Source: Sphyrna mokarran
Taxonomy: Eukaryota
Length of the DNA: 64,000 nt
Reading direction: 5' to 3'
Assembly (NCBI GenBank): GCA_024679065.1
Contig: JAGIQG010000016.1
Coordinates: 44,516,001 to 44,580,000 of the forward strand
In this document: positions 61,860-64,000 of the stretch, one piece after another
Position numbering within the stretch: position 1 is the first letter of the stretch
Layout: the number at the start of each line of letters is the position of its first letter
Notes under the pieces: model-generated
Database searches by the model: none
Told to the model about the DNA's origin: nothing
Seen by the model: the letters and a program-made list of their open reading frames with translations, nothing else
Position numbers and translations under genes: made by a program

Positions 61860-62800
61860 AAATATTTGATAGACCTTTTAAAATCATGAGGGGTCTGGAC
61901 AGCATAGAGGGAGAGAAATTGTTCCCATTCATGAAAGTATGAAAAATGATAGGGCACAGGTTTAAAGTAATTAGTAAAAGATACAATAGTAAGTGATTTG
62001 AAGTAATCATTTTGTGCAGTGGGTTGTTGGAGTCTGGAATGTTCTGCCTGAAAATGTGTTTATTGTAGGTTCAGTTGAAGCGTTTAAAGAGGAAATAGAC
62101 TGTTATCTGAAAAGGAAGCATGTGCGGAGTTTTAGGGAGAAGGCCGGAGAATTAGGTGAATTGCTCATTCGATGACCTAGTGAAGACATGAAGTGCCAAA
62201 TGGTCTCCTTCTGTGCCATAACATTTGTGATACTGTGAATTTAAACCAGTTTTCTATTAATTTGTTTGCATGTTATTGAAACATATAAGATTATTGGGGA
62301 CTTGACATATCTTGGATACTGGGACTCAAGTTTCAAATTGTTCCTCTAGTTTCAAGTTAGGGACACAGTTTAAACTTAGGAGTCTTCCATTTAAGATTGA
62401 GATAAGCATAATTGCTTATCTCAATCTTCCATTTAAGATTGAGATAAATATCTCAGAGGGTCCTTAGTTTGTAGAATTCTCTTCTCCAGAGACTGGGTCA
62501 TTGAATACATTCAAGGCTGAGTTAGATAGATAGATAGGCAGGAAAGAATAGTTGAAGCCACAGTCAACTCTGTATAATCTTATTGCAGTGCTTCCCAAAT
62601 GTTTTCCCACTGGGATCCCAATTTGAGTCTTCAAAAGTGCTATAACTCTCAGTGAAAATTGTATGAGGGTGATAGGAAAGAAAGACAAGCTTGCAACCCT
62701 AGAATCATCTCATAACCCCAGTTTAGGAAGCCTTATCTTATTGAATGGCAGAACAAGCTCAAGGCATCAAATGGTCTACTGCTATTCCTAATTTTGTGTT
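61860..62800 (+). mobile_element. Two tandem, old CR1 3'-end fragments (~61860-62240 and ~62270-62800)
   Basis: FKIMRGLDSIEGEKLFP, gggcacaggtttaaagta and tails of the ...aaatggtctccttctgtgc / aaatggtctactgctattcct type. Confidence 0.75.
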
Positions 62801-62939
62801 CTTGTCCACAATGCCAGTGCTCACTGTCAAGTTTTTAAATGGGCAAAGATCTTAGTTTTATTCAGTTACTGAAATGATTATAAGATGGAACAGAAAAATA
62901 CTTGGAATGGGCTCTAAATCAAAAAATTAAGTATTCAAA

Positions 62940-63425
62940 TATAAAATACTGCAGATGTTGAAAACTGAAATAAAAAGGGGCAACTCTGGATTTATTCCAC
63001 ATATAGCCTCTGTGGAGATAGAATTAGTATTTTGGTCTGATTACATTTTTGTCCAAACTGGTAAAAGTTGGACATCTAGTATGTTCTATGTAAGTACGGA
63101 GGCTGGAAATAGAGGAGGCCGGGGAGGAGGAACAAGAGGACAGTGTGTGTTGTAAGGTAGAAGGCCAGAGAAATTAAATTGACAAAAGGGATGAGAGCAC
63201 AAGGCAAGGATGATGGTAATGCAGCAAATAAAGAGGAAAAAAAATTAAATGGGTCCAGAGAAAGTATAAGTGAGAAAAGCAGAAACATTATCACTGCAGT
63301 CCGAAAATTTGTTCAAACCTAAAATTGTTGAACACTGTGTTGGGTTTAGAAGGCTGTAAGAAAATAATTGAAAGATGACATGCAGTTCCTCATGCTTCCA
63401 CTCAGCTTCATTGGAATAGTCTTAA
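62940..63425. mobile_element. Degraded Penelope/Neptune-like fragment (second family)
   Basis: aaatactgcagatgttgaaaactgaaataaaa...tctgtggagatagaa... then aaattgttgaac...agaaggctgtaa resembles recalled chondrichthyan PLE pseudo-LTR sequence. Confidence 0.5.
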
Positions 63426-64000
63426 GAACCTTCCTCCCTCTTCCCCTTCCCCTGAACTTACACCTTTACAGGGACAATTCTCCCAGCTTCCTGTGCAAAA
63501 GCAGCATAGCGGGCTATGAAATTCAAGTGGAGGTTTAACGGGCTCGCTGTTGAATGCCACGGCCTCTGTGAATCTCTGATAGCTGGATTTTCACCACTGT
63601 TAGCTCCACGCCAGAAATCAGAATGGAGCTGTTTAATTTAAATCCTAATTTGAATCTATTTTGCAATGGACCCATTGGAGTCTCTGCCCCTGCCAGGAGT
63701 ATTTCAGTCCAGGAGGGGCTTACAATAGCTTTCCACCAGCATGGAGCAGGAGGCCCAAACCTTTGGAGTGAAGCTGGGGGCCATCGAGATCCCCCAGCAG
63801 GTCTGGACATTGCAGGTTGACAGTGCCAGCCTAGCCACCAGGCACAGTCTAAGGGGCAAAATGCCAAAGCTCATCAAGCATCAGTCAATGCCTTGGGGAC
63901 AGGGTCTAGTGAGGGCAAGGCTTATAGGGAGCAGGGCCATTATGGGGGGGAGATCAGTGATGTGGGTTTCCCACTGCTACTTTGTACTGACAGAGGGAGG

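Noticed and set aside
56883-64000. JPH2 exon 4
   Set aside because: I found no GPEY.KRR-like sequence after an acceptor, so it probably lies beyond the window.

Overview
This window is vertebrate genomic DNA, almost certainly from a cartilaginous fish (shark), judging by the HE1/V-SINEs, HER1-like CR1 LINEs and Deu-SINEs. The only host-gene exons I can identify are two coding exons of junctophilin-2 (JPH2) on the + strand: exon 2 at 4106-4916 and exon 3 at 56764-56882, separated by a 51.8-kb intron. Exon 1 and exon 4 onward lie outside the window. The intron is mostly repeats: a near-full-length decayed CR1 LINE (~34090-38430), CR1, Rex1 and Tx1 fragments, V-, Deu- and LF-like SINEs, Penelope-derived mini-elements with 12-15 bp TSDs, many PIF/Harbinger-like non-autonomous elements, a possible solo LTR and a decayed histone H2B copy. 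The most interesting observations are: (1) the wild-type protein has Ser at the position equivalent to the human cardiomyopathy-associated variant A405S; (2) a CR1 subfamily carries a decayed V-SINE in its 3' UTR in two separate copies; (3) Penelope mini-elements have perfect, copy-specific inverted arms and hammerhead-ribozyme remnants; (4) exon 3 has competing splice donors and a nearby intronic polyA signal. All homology calls come from recalled sequences with no database search, and repeat boundaries are approximate. I found no prokaryote-type system such as CRISPR or an operon.
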